Source of the DNA: a virus
Taxonomy: Duplodnaviria; Heunggongvirae; Uroviricota; Caudoviricetes
Direction: 5' to 3' (one strand)
IMG/VR virus record: IMGVR_UViG_3300026484_000248
Location: 34,711 to 98,710 of that record
Length of the DNA stretch: 64,000 bases
How positions within the stretch are numbered: the first letter of the stretch is position 1; each line of letters opens with the position of its first letter. Made by a program: the position numbers and the translations under genes. Under the pieces are notes generated by a model. The model did not search any database. It was not told the origin of the DNA and was given only the letters and a program-made list of their open reading frames with translations. Positions 28,077-36,715 of this stretch are shown piece after piece.

Positions 28077-29528
28077 CTATGATAAATTCATAGCCATTTC
28101 TTTCATTTCTAAACATCTTTCAAGTGTATCTGTTGTATCTTTGTCGCTTCTAAATTCAATAAATCTTGGATGAGATAATGCGTATGTTTCAGATCCTCTT
28201 GCTTTAGTAATATCATTAAATTGAACTGTAAAAACTTTTCCAATATAATTGTTTCTATTATTGTTAATTTCTTCAAGCATTTCATCAGTAAAACCTGAAG
28301 TGCTTCCTTTAATTGTTCCTTCATCATTTTCAAAAACTAAAGAACCGAATGTTTTCTCCCTTTTAGTACCTGGTGTTCCTTCAATAAAACCTACTACTCT
28401 CATTTCAGCATCAATCTCAAGTTTTAATTTTAGTTGCGTTTTGCTAGTTCCATCTTTATAAACATTTCCAAAATCTTTAAGAATTGCTCCTTCTAAACCT
28501 TCTTTCATTTTTTCTGAAGTAAATTCATAAGCTTCTTTAAGATTATTTACATTTTTATGTTCTATAACTCTTATTTGATTAGAATCAACTCTTGAAATAA
28601 TACTTTTCAATTTTTCAAATCTTTCAGAATAAGGTACTTTAGGTAAATTTTTCTTATCTTTTAATCCAGCTAATTGATAATCTCCAGAAGTTACAAAATC
28701 CCAAACCTCAAAAACTATATTTTCATAAGGAACTTTATCAGAATTAAGTAATCCATTACCTAAACTTCTTGGTAAAATATATTCCTTATTATTTGCTTTA
28801 TGTTCATTATAATTATTAATTAATGTTTCAGCATCGTTTGTACCATTCTTTTTATCAGCTTTTTTCATTTTAGGTAAGACTAATTTTAAGATATCTTTAT
28901 CACAAATTACTGTCATTTCACCATGCAGGTATCCTTCTTCAATATTCTTTAAAACTTCTTCCAATGAAGGATATGAATAACTTTCACCACTTCTTGAAAT
29001 AAATGATGCAGAAGTTCCTGTAGTTGAACATTCTCTATATGTACCATCGGCTTTTAATTCAACAATAGCAGGAAAAGAAATATTTTTCTCAATGTTCTTC
29101 TTTGTTCCAATATCACATCTCATATAAATTGGTTTTGTTATTAAACCTTTCATTACTTTGTTGATGTTTGTTCTACCCATATTAATTTTTAAATCTCTAC
29201 CTAAAATTAATTTGATAATCTCTCTATCTGCTTCTGACATATCTTCTAAAATATCTTCAACTAATGCTATTGCAGCATTTCCAGTAACTTCTCTTCTTGC
29301 TAGTTTTTCTAATCTATCTAAACCATCTGATAAATCTCTTCTATTTTCTGAAGTACCAGCTTTTACATTTTTCATTGTAACACCAAATGAATATACTACT
29401 TTATCATAAGTCATTTTAAGTACTCTTCGCACTAAAGTGTCTGATTTATAAGCTGTTAAAGTAGCTATTTTGTCATTAGTTGAGTTTGTTTTGTTAATTT
29501 TCTCTATAAAGTTTGTGATATTTGTCAT
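28077..29528 (-). CDS. ATP-dependent DNA ligase (T4 gp30-like)
   Basis: Motif I reads ELKADGTYRE (KxDG); the length of 483 aa is close to T4 ligase (487 aa); a TGTTATAAT promoter lies 25 nt upstream. Confidence 0.7.
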   Translation of the reverse strand: MTNITNFIEKINKTNSTNDKIATLTAYKSDTLVRRVLKMTYDKVVYSFGVTMKNVKAGTSENRRDLSDGLDRLEKLARREVTGNAAIALVEDILEDMSEADREIIKLILGRDLKINMGRTNINKVMKGLITKPIYMRCDIGTKKNIEKNISFPAIVELKADGTYRECSTTGTSASFISRSGESYSYPSLEEVLKNIEEGYLHGEMTVICDKDILKLVLPKMKKADKKNGTNDAETLINNYNEHKANNKEYILPRSLGNGLLNSDKVPYENIVFEVWDFVTSGDYQLAGLKDKKNLPKVPYSERFEKLKSIISRVDSNQIRVIEHKNVNNLKEAYEFTSEKMKEGLEGAILKDFGNVYKDGTSKTQLKLKLEIDAEMRVVGFIEGTPGTKREKTFGSLVFENDEGTIKGSTSGFTDEMLEEINNNRNNYIGKVFTVQFNDITKARGSETYALSHPRFIEFRSDKDTTDTLERCLEMKEMAMNLS

Positions 29529-29540
29529 TTGTTTCCTTTT

Positions 29541-29569
29541 TTGTTATATATAATTATAACATAATAACC
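29541..29569 (-). promoter_or_regulatory. early-type promoter (TGTTATAAT on minus strand)
   Basis: The plus strand reads ttgttatatataattataacataataacc, directly upstream of the ligase ATG. Confidence 0.45.
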
Positions 29570-29584
29570 TTATGCTAAAATTAA

Positions 29585-29800
29585 TTATTCAATCTTATCT
29601 TGTGTTAATAATGGTGCTGGTGTTTTTGCTTTTAAACTTCTTCTTAATATAATCACTGGTTCACTACATATATTTATTAATCCTTTTTCCAGAAAACCAG
29701 AATCAGGATTAAATCCTTGTTCTTCAAATAATATATTACAACACAAGTTGAATAAGTTACTTCCATCTACATCTAAGTTTTTAGTATCTAAAAATCCCAT
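29585..29800 (-). CDS. hypothetical small protein
   Basis: It is a 71-aa ORF. Confidence 0.3.
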   Translation of the reverse strand: MGFLDTKNLDVDGSNLFNLCCNILFEEQGFNPDSGFLEKGLINICSEPVIILRRSLKAKTPAPLLTQDKIE

Positions 29801-29894
29801 ACATCATCTTCAGTGAAAAAGTGTGTATAACCTTTTGCCAATTCTAAAGCTATTTCTTTTATTAATTTTTTATTTGAAAGTATTCCCATTTTTT

Positions 29895-30161
29895 TTATTC
29901 CTCCTCTTCTATATCACAACAATATTCTGCATCAAACTCATTATCATATTCACATCCACATTCATCACAAGTGTATACATTTTCTTCATAATCATGTTCT
30001 GATTTTAAAGCATCATAATCATTTGGTCTCATTTCTTTTAAGATTTCTGAAGGCCAAAATCTAGTTCCTGCTATTGTAACTTCACCTTGTTCATCTAATA
30101 TCTCGTCAAATTCACTATCTGAAATTTCTTTAATTATTGTTGATTCTGTAACTGTTGCCAT
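29895..30161 (-). CDS. small acidic zinc-ribbon protein
   Basis: It has the C-terminal cluster YTCDECGCEYDNEFDAEYCCD; a promoter lies at 30175-30200. Confidence 0.4.
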   Translation of the reverse strand: MATVTESTIIKEISDSEFDEILDEQGEVTIAGTRFWPSEILKEMRPNDYDALKSEHDYEENVYTCDECGCEYDNEFDAEYCCDIEEEE

Positions 30162-30212
30162 TTTATATCCTTTTTGTTATATAATTATAACATTAATATC
30201 TTTAAAACAATA

Positions 30213-30509
30213 TTAAATAAAGTATTCTGGATTAAGCATTTCAAATATTTTTAAAGCTTTTTCCAAATTTTGAGATATTTGGATGTTAAAGTCAGCTTTT
30301 TGTGCAGAAAAAGCAATAACACAAATATCATTTTGAATTACTGGAATATCATATTCTCTTAATTTTTTTACTGAAAAATTAATAATTCTATCACTAATAT
30401 CATTATCAAAATTAATCAACTCAAATAAGAACTCATTTATTATTTCCGTTCCTATTAAATCTACAAATAATCTACTATTTTGATAACCAGCTTGTGTGTA
30501 AAAATTCAT
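30213..30509 (-). CDS. small protein of the PEYFI-tail family (ends ...LNPEYFI)
   Basis: It shares the conserved C-terminal pentapeptide with 4 paralogs. Confidence 0.45.
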   Translation of the reverse strand: MNFYTQAGYQNSRLFVDLIGTEIINEFLFELINFDNDISDRIINFSVKKLREYDIPVIQNDICVIAFSAQKADFNIQISQNLEKALKIFEMLNPEYFI

Positions 30510-30949
30510 AGGAAATATTCTGGATTTTTTCTTTCAAATAACGGTACAAAAATACTTTTGAAATCGTTCTTTAGTTCCCTTAATAAAATTGAACGCTGTT
30601 TGGCAATTGCTTTTTCTTGTTCTCTAAGTTTTTTATATAAATTCATTTTATTATAAATCTCTATATTTTCTTGAAATAATTGAAGAGCTTCTTCCTCAAA
30701 TTCAAAGGCTTCATTACTTTGAGCTACTCCAAATTCAGCAGGTCTTGTTTCATTAGTCGCTTGATATTCTTTAAATACTAAGTGCATATTTTTCCTTTTT
30801 TCTAAATTATTCCATAAACCGAGCTTTATTTCACATTCTATACAAATTTTATAATTATGTTGACTTCTCCAATTATAAGTAAATGAAGTATTTTGTTTTT
30901 CTGTATTACAAACTTTACATTTATAACTCTTACATTTTGGTATAAACAT
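30506..30949 (-). CDS. PEYFI-tail family protein with N-terminal Cys4 zinc ribbon (ends ...KNPEYFL)
   Basis: It has CKSYKCKVC...CIEC and the C-terminal NPEYFL; it overlaps the next gene by 4 nt. Confidence 0.45.
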   Translation of the reverse strand: MFIPKCKSYKCKVCNTEKQNTSFTYNWRSQHNYKICIECEIKLGLWNNLEKRKNMHLVFKEYQATNETRPAEFGVAQSNEAFEFEEEALQLFQENIEIYNKMNLYKKLREQEKAIAKQRSILLRELKNDFKSIFVPLFERKNPEYFL

Positions 30950-30958
30950 TTTCTTTTC

Positions 30959-31153
30959 CTATATAAAATATTCCGGATATTTAATTTCAAAATCACTGAA
31001 TGTTTTTCTGCCGTATTCTGTTAAAGTAATCCACCTATCTTTTTTATCATTTATTTTTATTTCATTATTTCTAATAAGATAACCTTTATTTTTAAAAAAT
31101 TTCCTCATTGCCGCTTTTGTTAAAAGTACATTTTTATATTTTCTTTTGAACAT
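30959..31153 (-). CDS. PEYFI-tail family small protein (ends ...KYPEYFI)
   Basis: It has the C-terminal motif. Confidence 0.4.
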   Translation of the reverse strand: MFKRKYKNVLLTKAAMRKFFKNKGYLIRNNEIKINDKKDRWITLTEYGRKTFSDFEIKYPEYFI

Positions 31154-31222
31154 AAATTATCTAAATCCAAATCAAATTCTTTTCTTTTATATAAATTATC
31201 TAATAATGTAATAAGTTTTAAA

Positions 31223-31504
31223 TTAAATCCCATATTCTGGATAATCCTCTTCAACTTTTTTAAGTGTTAAGCCATTGTAATTTGTACAAAGATAATCACT
31301 AACCATCGCTCTCACCAAATCTTCCGGACTTTTTAAATTATTAATTAAATGTCTTCTAACCAATAAATTCATTTCAACCGTTACTTTTGGACTTCCAAAT
31401 TCATTTGCATAAAAACTTGACGAGATTTCATTTTCTCTTACTGTTAATTCTTTTAAATAAAAACTTTCCATTAATGGTGACAAAGCTAAATCTATCGTTG
31501 ACAT
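31223..31504 (-). CDS. PEYFI-tail family small protein (ends ...DYPEYGI)
   Basis: It has a variant of the C-terminal motif. Confidence 0.4.
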   Translation of the reverse strand: MSTIDLALSPLMESFYLKELTVRENEISSSFYANEFGSPKVTVEMNLLVRRHLINNLKSPEDLVRAMVSDYLCTNYNGLTLKKVEEDYPEYGI

Positions 31505-31526
31505 CTTACTCTCCTTTATAAAAGTC

Positions 31527-32405
31527 TTATTTTACACTAAATATAAAACTTGATTTTTCATTCCCTACAGTTGTAGGAGTAACTCCATTCCATTTTTTAA
31601 TACTTTCTAACTTCAGTAATTTATCTGTAACACTTTTTGAAACAGTTTTATTTGCATAAGCCTCACTATCAGCTTTAATTTTTACAGCTTCTGCCTCACC
31701 TTTTGCTTTAGCTATTACAGCTTGAGCTTCGTTTTCCGCTTTCTTAACTAACTCAAGACTTGCTAGGGCGGTTTGTTTTGCGACTTGAACTTCTAACATT
31801 TTTTGGGTAATTTTCTCTGGTACCAAAATGTCTTTTAAATTAATTCCTACTAATGTAAAATATGGGTTTTTACTATATGAACTTTTTAATAAATCCGTTA
31901 ATGTTTTCTCTACTTCTGCCCTATGGTCCATAATTGTATCTACACTAAATTTAGAAATTGTACTTTGAACAGCTTCTCTATTTACTTGAAGGACTTTCTT
32001 ATAGAAACTGTTTTCAAAATCCCCATCTTCTCTGTACATTAAGGGCAAATTTTCTGCATTCGGTCTAACTTCAATACTTAATGCCAGCCCTACCGGAATA
32101 CCTTTCTTATCTAAACCTTTAAGTGGCGTTTCATATTGTAAAAGCTCAGTGTCTTGTTTTCCCGATTCTGACTTACTATAATTAATTAAAATAGGTCTAA
32201 TTGTCTTAATGTCCATTGTCTGATAAATTGGCACAAAAATGTGATAACCAGGTTGAACTGCTTGCATATCATACTTAGTTCCTGTTTTCATAATACCTCT
32301 ATCTCCGTCATTTACAATTGCTACTCCAGTTTTAGTTGCTATCATAATCCCTAAAATTAATAGTAAAGTAAACATTGCTCCTGTTATATAACCTAAAATT
32401 CTCAT
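31527..32405 (-). CDS. SPFH/band-7 (prohibitin / HflK/C-like) membrane protein
   Basis: It has an N-terminal transmembrane helix, an SPFH core, and an Ala/Glu/Lys-rich coiled coil (EAQAVIAKAKGEAEAVKIKADSEAYA). Confidence 0.6.
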   Translation of the reverse strand: MRILGYITGAMFTLLLILGIMIATKTGVAIVNDGDRGIMKTGTKYDMQAVQPGYHIFVPIYQTMDIKTIRPILINYSKSESGKQDTELLQYETPLKGLDKKGIPVGLALSIEVRPNAENLPLMYREDGDFENSFYKKVLQVNREAVQSTISKFSVDTIMDHRAEVEKTLTDLLKSSYSKNPYFTLVGINLKDILVPEKITQKMLEVQVAKQTALASLELVKKAENEAQAVIAKAKGEAEAVKIKADSEAYANKTVSKSVTDKLLKLESIKKWNGVTPTTVGNEKSSFIFSVK

Positions 32406-32892
32406 TTTCTTTCCTTTTTTTATTATTACATTATCTAAATGTATGTTGTTTAATGTTCTTATTTGGAAATTTTAATACCCAAATAATCCAAAACTTGATT
32501 TCTTAATAGTAAAATTGTATTTCTCTTTAATAAACTATTAGTTTTTAAAAGTAAGTTGCCTTACTAAATGGTAGTCAAACATGCTATATTTTTCTACTTT
32601 AAAACATAAAGCCATATCAAATAATTCTAGTTAATTTAATAATTTCTCCTTTTCTGTATTATATCACTTTATTTTCTATCATTAACAATACTATTAAAAC
32701 ATAATCGTCACTACAAATGTGATTCCAAATGTCTGTACTGCCCTGTTAAATAAATTTTCTGTTATTTTAATCTTTCTTTTTGTTTTAATTTCTTAAGATA
32801 ATCTCTGTTATCTTGAACCTGTTTTTCTTGAATTTTGATTATATTTTCAAGTGCCTTAATTTGTCTTTCATTCTTTTCTCTTTCTGTCTCCA

Positions 32893-33423
32893 TTATGCGC
32901 CCACCATTATTTCTCCTTCTTTAGACTTACAAATTTCCATAATTTTCCTCATTATTTTTGTTTGTCTATCAGTTACTTCTTTTCTCTCTTCTATCAAATA
33001 TTCTATTAATTCAACAGTATTCTTAACGTATTTTTTAGTTGGTCCGTCTATAACATTAGATAATCTATCTAAAAGTTTAAGCGTAAAGGCATATCGTGAC
33101 ATCTTTTCCATTTTATCTTTAAGATATTCATTCTTACCCATTAATTTACTCTGTTTTTTATCGCTTGTTAATTCAATAACTATACTTGAAACTAATGGGC
33201 CAAATTCCCTTTCTAGTTCATGATAAGTCGTTTCTGTGTCCTCTAAAGTATCATGAAGTAATGCAGCACATTTTAGCTCGTCTATATGTTTTGAAGTTCC
33301 CTTATATTTTTGAACTAATTCCATAACAATAATGGGATGCGTTACATAAGGCAATCCTGTACTTCTTCGTTCTTGACCTTTATGCTTTTCCGATGCAAAT
33401 TGAATTGCTTTAATTACTAACAT
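32893..33423 (-). CDS. HD-domain (p)ppGpp hydrolase-like protein (RelA/SpoT HD; small alarmone hydrolase-like)
   Basis: AIQFASEKHKGQERRSTGLPYVTHP...AALLHDTLEDTETTYHELEREFG matches the hydrolase-domain consensus of RelA/SpoT/Mesh1. Confidence 0.6.
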   Translation of the reverse strand: MLVIKAIQFASEKHKGQERRSTGLPYVTHPIIVMELVQKYKGTSKHIDELKCAALLHDTLEDTETTYHELEREFGPLVSSIVIELTSDKKQSKLMGKNEYLKDKMEKMSRYAFTLKLLDRLSNVIDGPTKKYVKNTVELIEYLIEERKEVTDRQTKIMRKIMEICKSKEGEIMVGA

Positions 33424-33507
33424 TTTGTGCCTTTATATAATTTTATAATAAAATAAGATGAATATCTTTCTTTAAAAAATTCTTTCTAAATTTAAATATT
33501 CTCTTTC

Positions 33508-33927
33508 TTACTTTTTTTCTTTAATTTGTTTAATAAGACTTATGCACTCATTTTCAACATATCTCAGATCTTTAACTGTATCATCTGCGTCTGCAAAATC
33601 TCTCCACATTTGAATTCGTAAAGATGCAGCGTTTCTCAATTTTTCATCGATTTTATTATCTTCTAGTAATTTTTTAGTAAAATCAATGTCTGGCGCGTCT
33701 CCACAATGACCGCAATCAAAACCAATCCATCTAATTTTATCTGGTGTAGAAATTGGATAACCTGAATTTCCACCAGTATAAGTTATCCCGCCGTGACAAC
33801 TTAATTCATCTTCATTTATTTCTACATTTAACGGAACCGCCACATACCCCATTCTAAAACCTAGGGATTTTTTAATAGCAACAACATATTGAATTCCTTC
33901 ACTAGCATCAACTTTTTCTATAATCAT
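33508..33927 (-). CDS. hypothetical protein (HGG..Y.GG...W.GFDCGH.GD motif)
   Basis: It is a 139-aa ORF with a conserved-looking His/Asp cluster of unknown family. Confidence 0.35.
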   Translation of the reverse strand: MIIEKVDASEGIQYVVAIKKSLGFRMGYVAVPLNVEINEDELSCHGGITYTGGNSGYPISTPDKIRWIGFDCGHCGDAPDIDFTKKLLEDNKIDEKLRNAASLRIQMWRDFADADDTVKDLRYVENECISLIKQIKEKK

Positions 33928-33938
33928 TATTTTCCTTT

Positions 33939-34274
33939 TTAATCTCTTAATTCTGTATATCCAAAAGCATCAACCATGAATGAAGCTCCTCTTATTTGAA
34001 TTATATCACCAACTGAGGTACTTCTACACCCATCTTTAAACTCATTTGCCACTTCTATTCTTGAGTCTAAATACCATGCATTACTTAAATTCTGAGTAAT
34101 ACTAAAAGCTGTTTCATATGGGTTTTCTCCTTTTTGAATATCTATATCACAAACTTTAATATAATTATTATGTTTTAATTGATCCATTGCGAAATCAAAT
34201 CTTTCTTTTTCATTATATATACACATCATTTCTCCAAATTGTTCTCTTGGTAAATGTCTTACAGTAACTAACAT
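33939..34274 (-). CDS. hypothetical protein
   Basis: It is a 111-aa ORF with a promoter at 34296-34318. Confidence 0.35.
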   Translation of the reverse strand: MLVTVRHLPREQFGEMMCIYNEKERFDFAMDQLKHNNYIKVCDIDIQKGENPYETAFSITQNLSNAWYLDSRIEVANEFKDGCRSTSVGDIIQIRGASFMVDAFGYTELRD

Positions 34275-34338
34275 TTTAAGTCCTTTTGTTTTATTAAATA
34301 ATTATAACACTTTAACCTTAAACTAAAATTAAATGTAA

Positions 34339-34911
34339 CTATGCATACCAACTTCTGTAAAATGTTTTATTTTCATCTTTATTAATTTTGTTGGCACTTC
34401 CACAAGGTCTTTTGAAACTGTCTCCATTTAATCTTACAGTAATCTCTTCACCTCTAAAATCATTTGCTACCGGTTTAACATTTTCTGATGCCCAACTTGT
34501 AGTTTCCACGCTTTCATAACTAATTAGTCTAACTTTAATTGTCGCTGCAGTTTTCTTTTCAGTTACCTGATAAAAATCTAAGTTAGTTTGTTCCCATCCC
34601 CAAGAATAACAAAATATATCTCCAACTTGAACATTTTTAGCATCTTCTGTTTTTTGGAGTTTTTGCTTTGCTTTTCTCTCTTTTTCTTTTACCTCGTTTG
34701 AAATTTTATTATTGTACCATTCTAAACAATATTCCAACATTCTATCTTCATCTTTAAATCTTGTATAAAATACAGTTTTTGTGCCATATTTGCTTCTTTT
34801 AGCAATCCTGTTAAGTTTAGCAATTCTTTTATCTTCTATAGTTAATATATAGCCTTCTTTACCTAATGTTAAAAATGCTTCTGTAAGTTGTTTTATTTTA
34901 TCAGTATTCAT
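34339..34911 (-). CDS. hypothetical protein
   Basis: It is a 190-aa ORF with a promoter at 34938-34962. Confidence 0.35.
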   Translation of the reverse strand: MNTDKIKQLTEAFLTLGKEGYILTIEDKRIAKLNRIAKRSKYGTKTVFYTRFKDEDRMLEYCLEWYNNKISNEVKEKERKAKQKLQKTEDAKNVQVGDIFCYSWGWEQTNLDFYQVTEKKTAATIKVRLISYESVETTSWASENVKPVANDFRGEEITVRLNGDSFKRPCGSANKINKDENKTFYRSWYA

Positions 34912-34978
34912 AATGTTTTCCTAATGTTAAATGTTTTCTTATATAATTATAACATCCTAACCTTAAATAACATTAAAA

Positions 34979-35590
34979 TCATTTATAATTTTCTAAGATT
35001 TTCAAACCTTCTAATGCCTTAACATTAAAACTTCTACGATGTTGTTCAGTATAACCATATTTTTTAATTGCTTCTATATGTCCTTTTGTTCCGTAACCTG
35101 CATTATTTTTCCAGTCATACATAGGATATTTTTCATCCCATTCTTTCATTCTTTTATCTTTTTCAACCTTAGCAATAATACTTGCTGCAGCAACAATACT
35201 AACTTTAGCATCTGCTTTTACAAGAGTTTCAATACCAGTTTCATAATTACATTTGCCATCATAGAGTATTTTTGTTCTATTATTTTCTTTAAAATAATCT
35301 TTAATATAAGTCAAACTATAATTACAAGCATCTGATAGTCCATTATCATCAATATAATTTGCATAGATTTCAACTACCTTGTAATCCACTATTTTAACTA
35401 CTTCTTCATAAAGTGCTTCTCGTTTTTTCTTTGACATACTTTTACTATCATTCGCAAAAGCAATATCTTTAATTGTTTTGCCTTCTTTTAAAACTGCACC
35501 AACAAAAATAAGTGAGCCTGCCAAATTTCCTCTGCCCGCTTCATCTATTCCAACATAATCCTGATACTGCGCATCTAATTCCTTAAGCAT
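34979..35590 (-). CDS. rnhB: ribonuclease HII
   Basis: It has GIDEAGRGNLAG, DSK, the IIAKVEKDKRM region and GYGTKGH..AI..YG.T..HR.SF; the start is reassigned to the internal ATG (35590) with an RBS, because the track N-terminus is a spurious extension. Confidence 0.7.
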   Translation of the reverse strand: MLKELDAQYQDYVGIDEAGRGNLAGSLIFVGAVLKEGKTIKDIAFANDSKSMSKKKREALYEEVVKIVDYKVVEIYANYIDDNGLSDACNYSLTYIKDYFKENNRTKILYDGKCNYETGIETLVKADAKVSIVAAASIIAKVEKDKRMKEWDEKYPMYDWKNNAGYGTKGHIEAIKKYGYTEQHRRSFNVKALEGLKILENYK

Positions 35591-35604
35591 TATTATCCTT
35601 TGTA

Positions 35605-35631
35605 TTTTATAAATAATTATAACTAAAATAC
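35605..35631. promoter_or_regulatory. promoter-like TATAAATAATTATAAC element between divergent rnhB and endonuclease VII genes
   Basis: A palindromic -10-like motif lies about 20 nt from each start codon. Confidence 0.35.
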
Positions 35632-35648
35632 ACTTAAAAAGGCTTTTA

Positions 35649-36173
35649 ATGGAAGAATTAAAACAACTAAAAAGCAAAGATATTACAAAAATAAGAGATG
35701 AAATCCTATATTTTCAGCAAGGTAAATGTGCATTATGTCATAATCCAATAACAGAAAAATCTGGAACTTCATTAGACCATCAACATAGAACAAAAGATTC
35801 CATAATCGGTGAAAATGGAGGTGGATTAGTTCGTGGAGTGCTCTGCAGAAGCTGTAATGTCTTTGAAGGTAAGATATGGAATAATAGTAAAAGATTTGGA
35901 TTGCACGATAATTTATCAAATTGGTTAAGAGATTTAGCAGATTATTTAGATAAAGAAAATTATCCTTTGATTCATCCTTCAGAAGAGCCTAGGGAACCGA
36001 AGGTATCAAAAAGAAATTATAATAAATGTAAAAAATTATACAATGAAGAGGAATTTATACCTAAAAGAAAAAATCAGAAGAAAAAACCTATGATAGAATA
36101 CCCTAAGACAGGTAAACTAACAAAAGGACTTCGTGAATTATTTGAGAGGTTTGGAATAAGTCCTTATAATTAG
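35649..36173 (+). CDS. endonuclease VII-like Holliday junction resolvase (T4 gp49 family)
   Basis: GKCALCHNPI...SLDHQHRTKD...GLVRGVLCRSCNVFEGK matches the Endonuclease_7 zinc/HNH-like core (DHDH.TG.VRGLLC..CN..LG). Confidence 0.65.
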   Translation: MEELKQLKSKDITKIRDEILYFQQGKCALCHNPITEKSGTSLDHQHRTKDSIIGENGGGLVRGVLCRSCNVFEGKIWNNSKRFGLHDNLSNWLRDLADYLDKENYPLIHPSEEPREPKVSKRNYNKCKKLYNEEEFIPKRKNQKKKPMIEYPKTGKLTKGLRELFERFGISPYN

Positions 36174-36188
36174 GACTTATTCCCAAGA

Positions 36189-36623
36189 TTACATATCTGC
36201 TACTAACTCTTTAGCATTTTCTCTAGCTAATTTTAAATCATATTTACCAGCATATTTTGCTTTCATATAACTCATAAGTTGTGCAACTTTCATTTTACCA
36301 GATTCAGCCATTGCTTGTCTAATAGCATCTTCGTCCATATCGTATTCTTTTTCATTAATAGCTTCGTTCATTGCTTTTTTATGTTTTTTAATCATATCAT
36401 TATAAAATTTAGCAATCATGTTACTATCGTTTTCTTTATCCAAAAGTTCAACGAACTCTTCAGGTGTAGCATCACCACCATAAATAGGTGCATCAGGATA
36501 GTTATCTTGGAACCAGTCATACATATCTTGTGTAAATTTATTGTCCTCTGTACCTTTGTATAATGCGTTTATCATATTGTCTTGTGACGCCTTTTCGTTT
36601 AAGTAATCTTTAAATGTTTTCAT
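36189..36623 (-). CDS. hypothetical acidic protein
   Basis: It is a 144-aa ORF. Confidence 0.35.
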   Translation of the reverse strand: MKTFKDYLNEKASQDNMINALYKGTEDNKFTQDMYDWFQDNYPDAPIYGGDATPEEFVELLDKENDSNMIAKFYNDMIKKHKKAMNEAINEKEYDMDEDAIRQAMAESGKMKVAQLMSYMKAKYAGKYDLKLARENAKELVADM

Positions 36624-36715
36624 TTCATTCTCCTGTTTTATTAATATTTATAAATTTCATTATACTAAATTACACTAAATTTGTACTAAATTTGTACTAA
36701 ATTGTACTAATCCTT

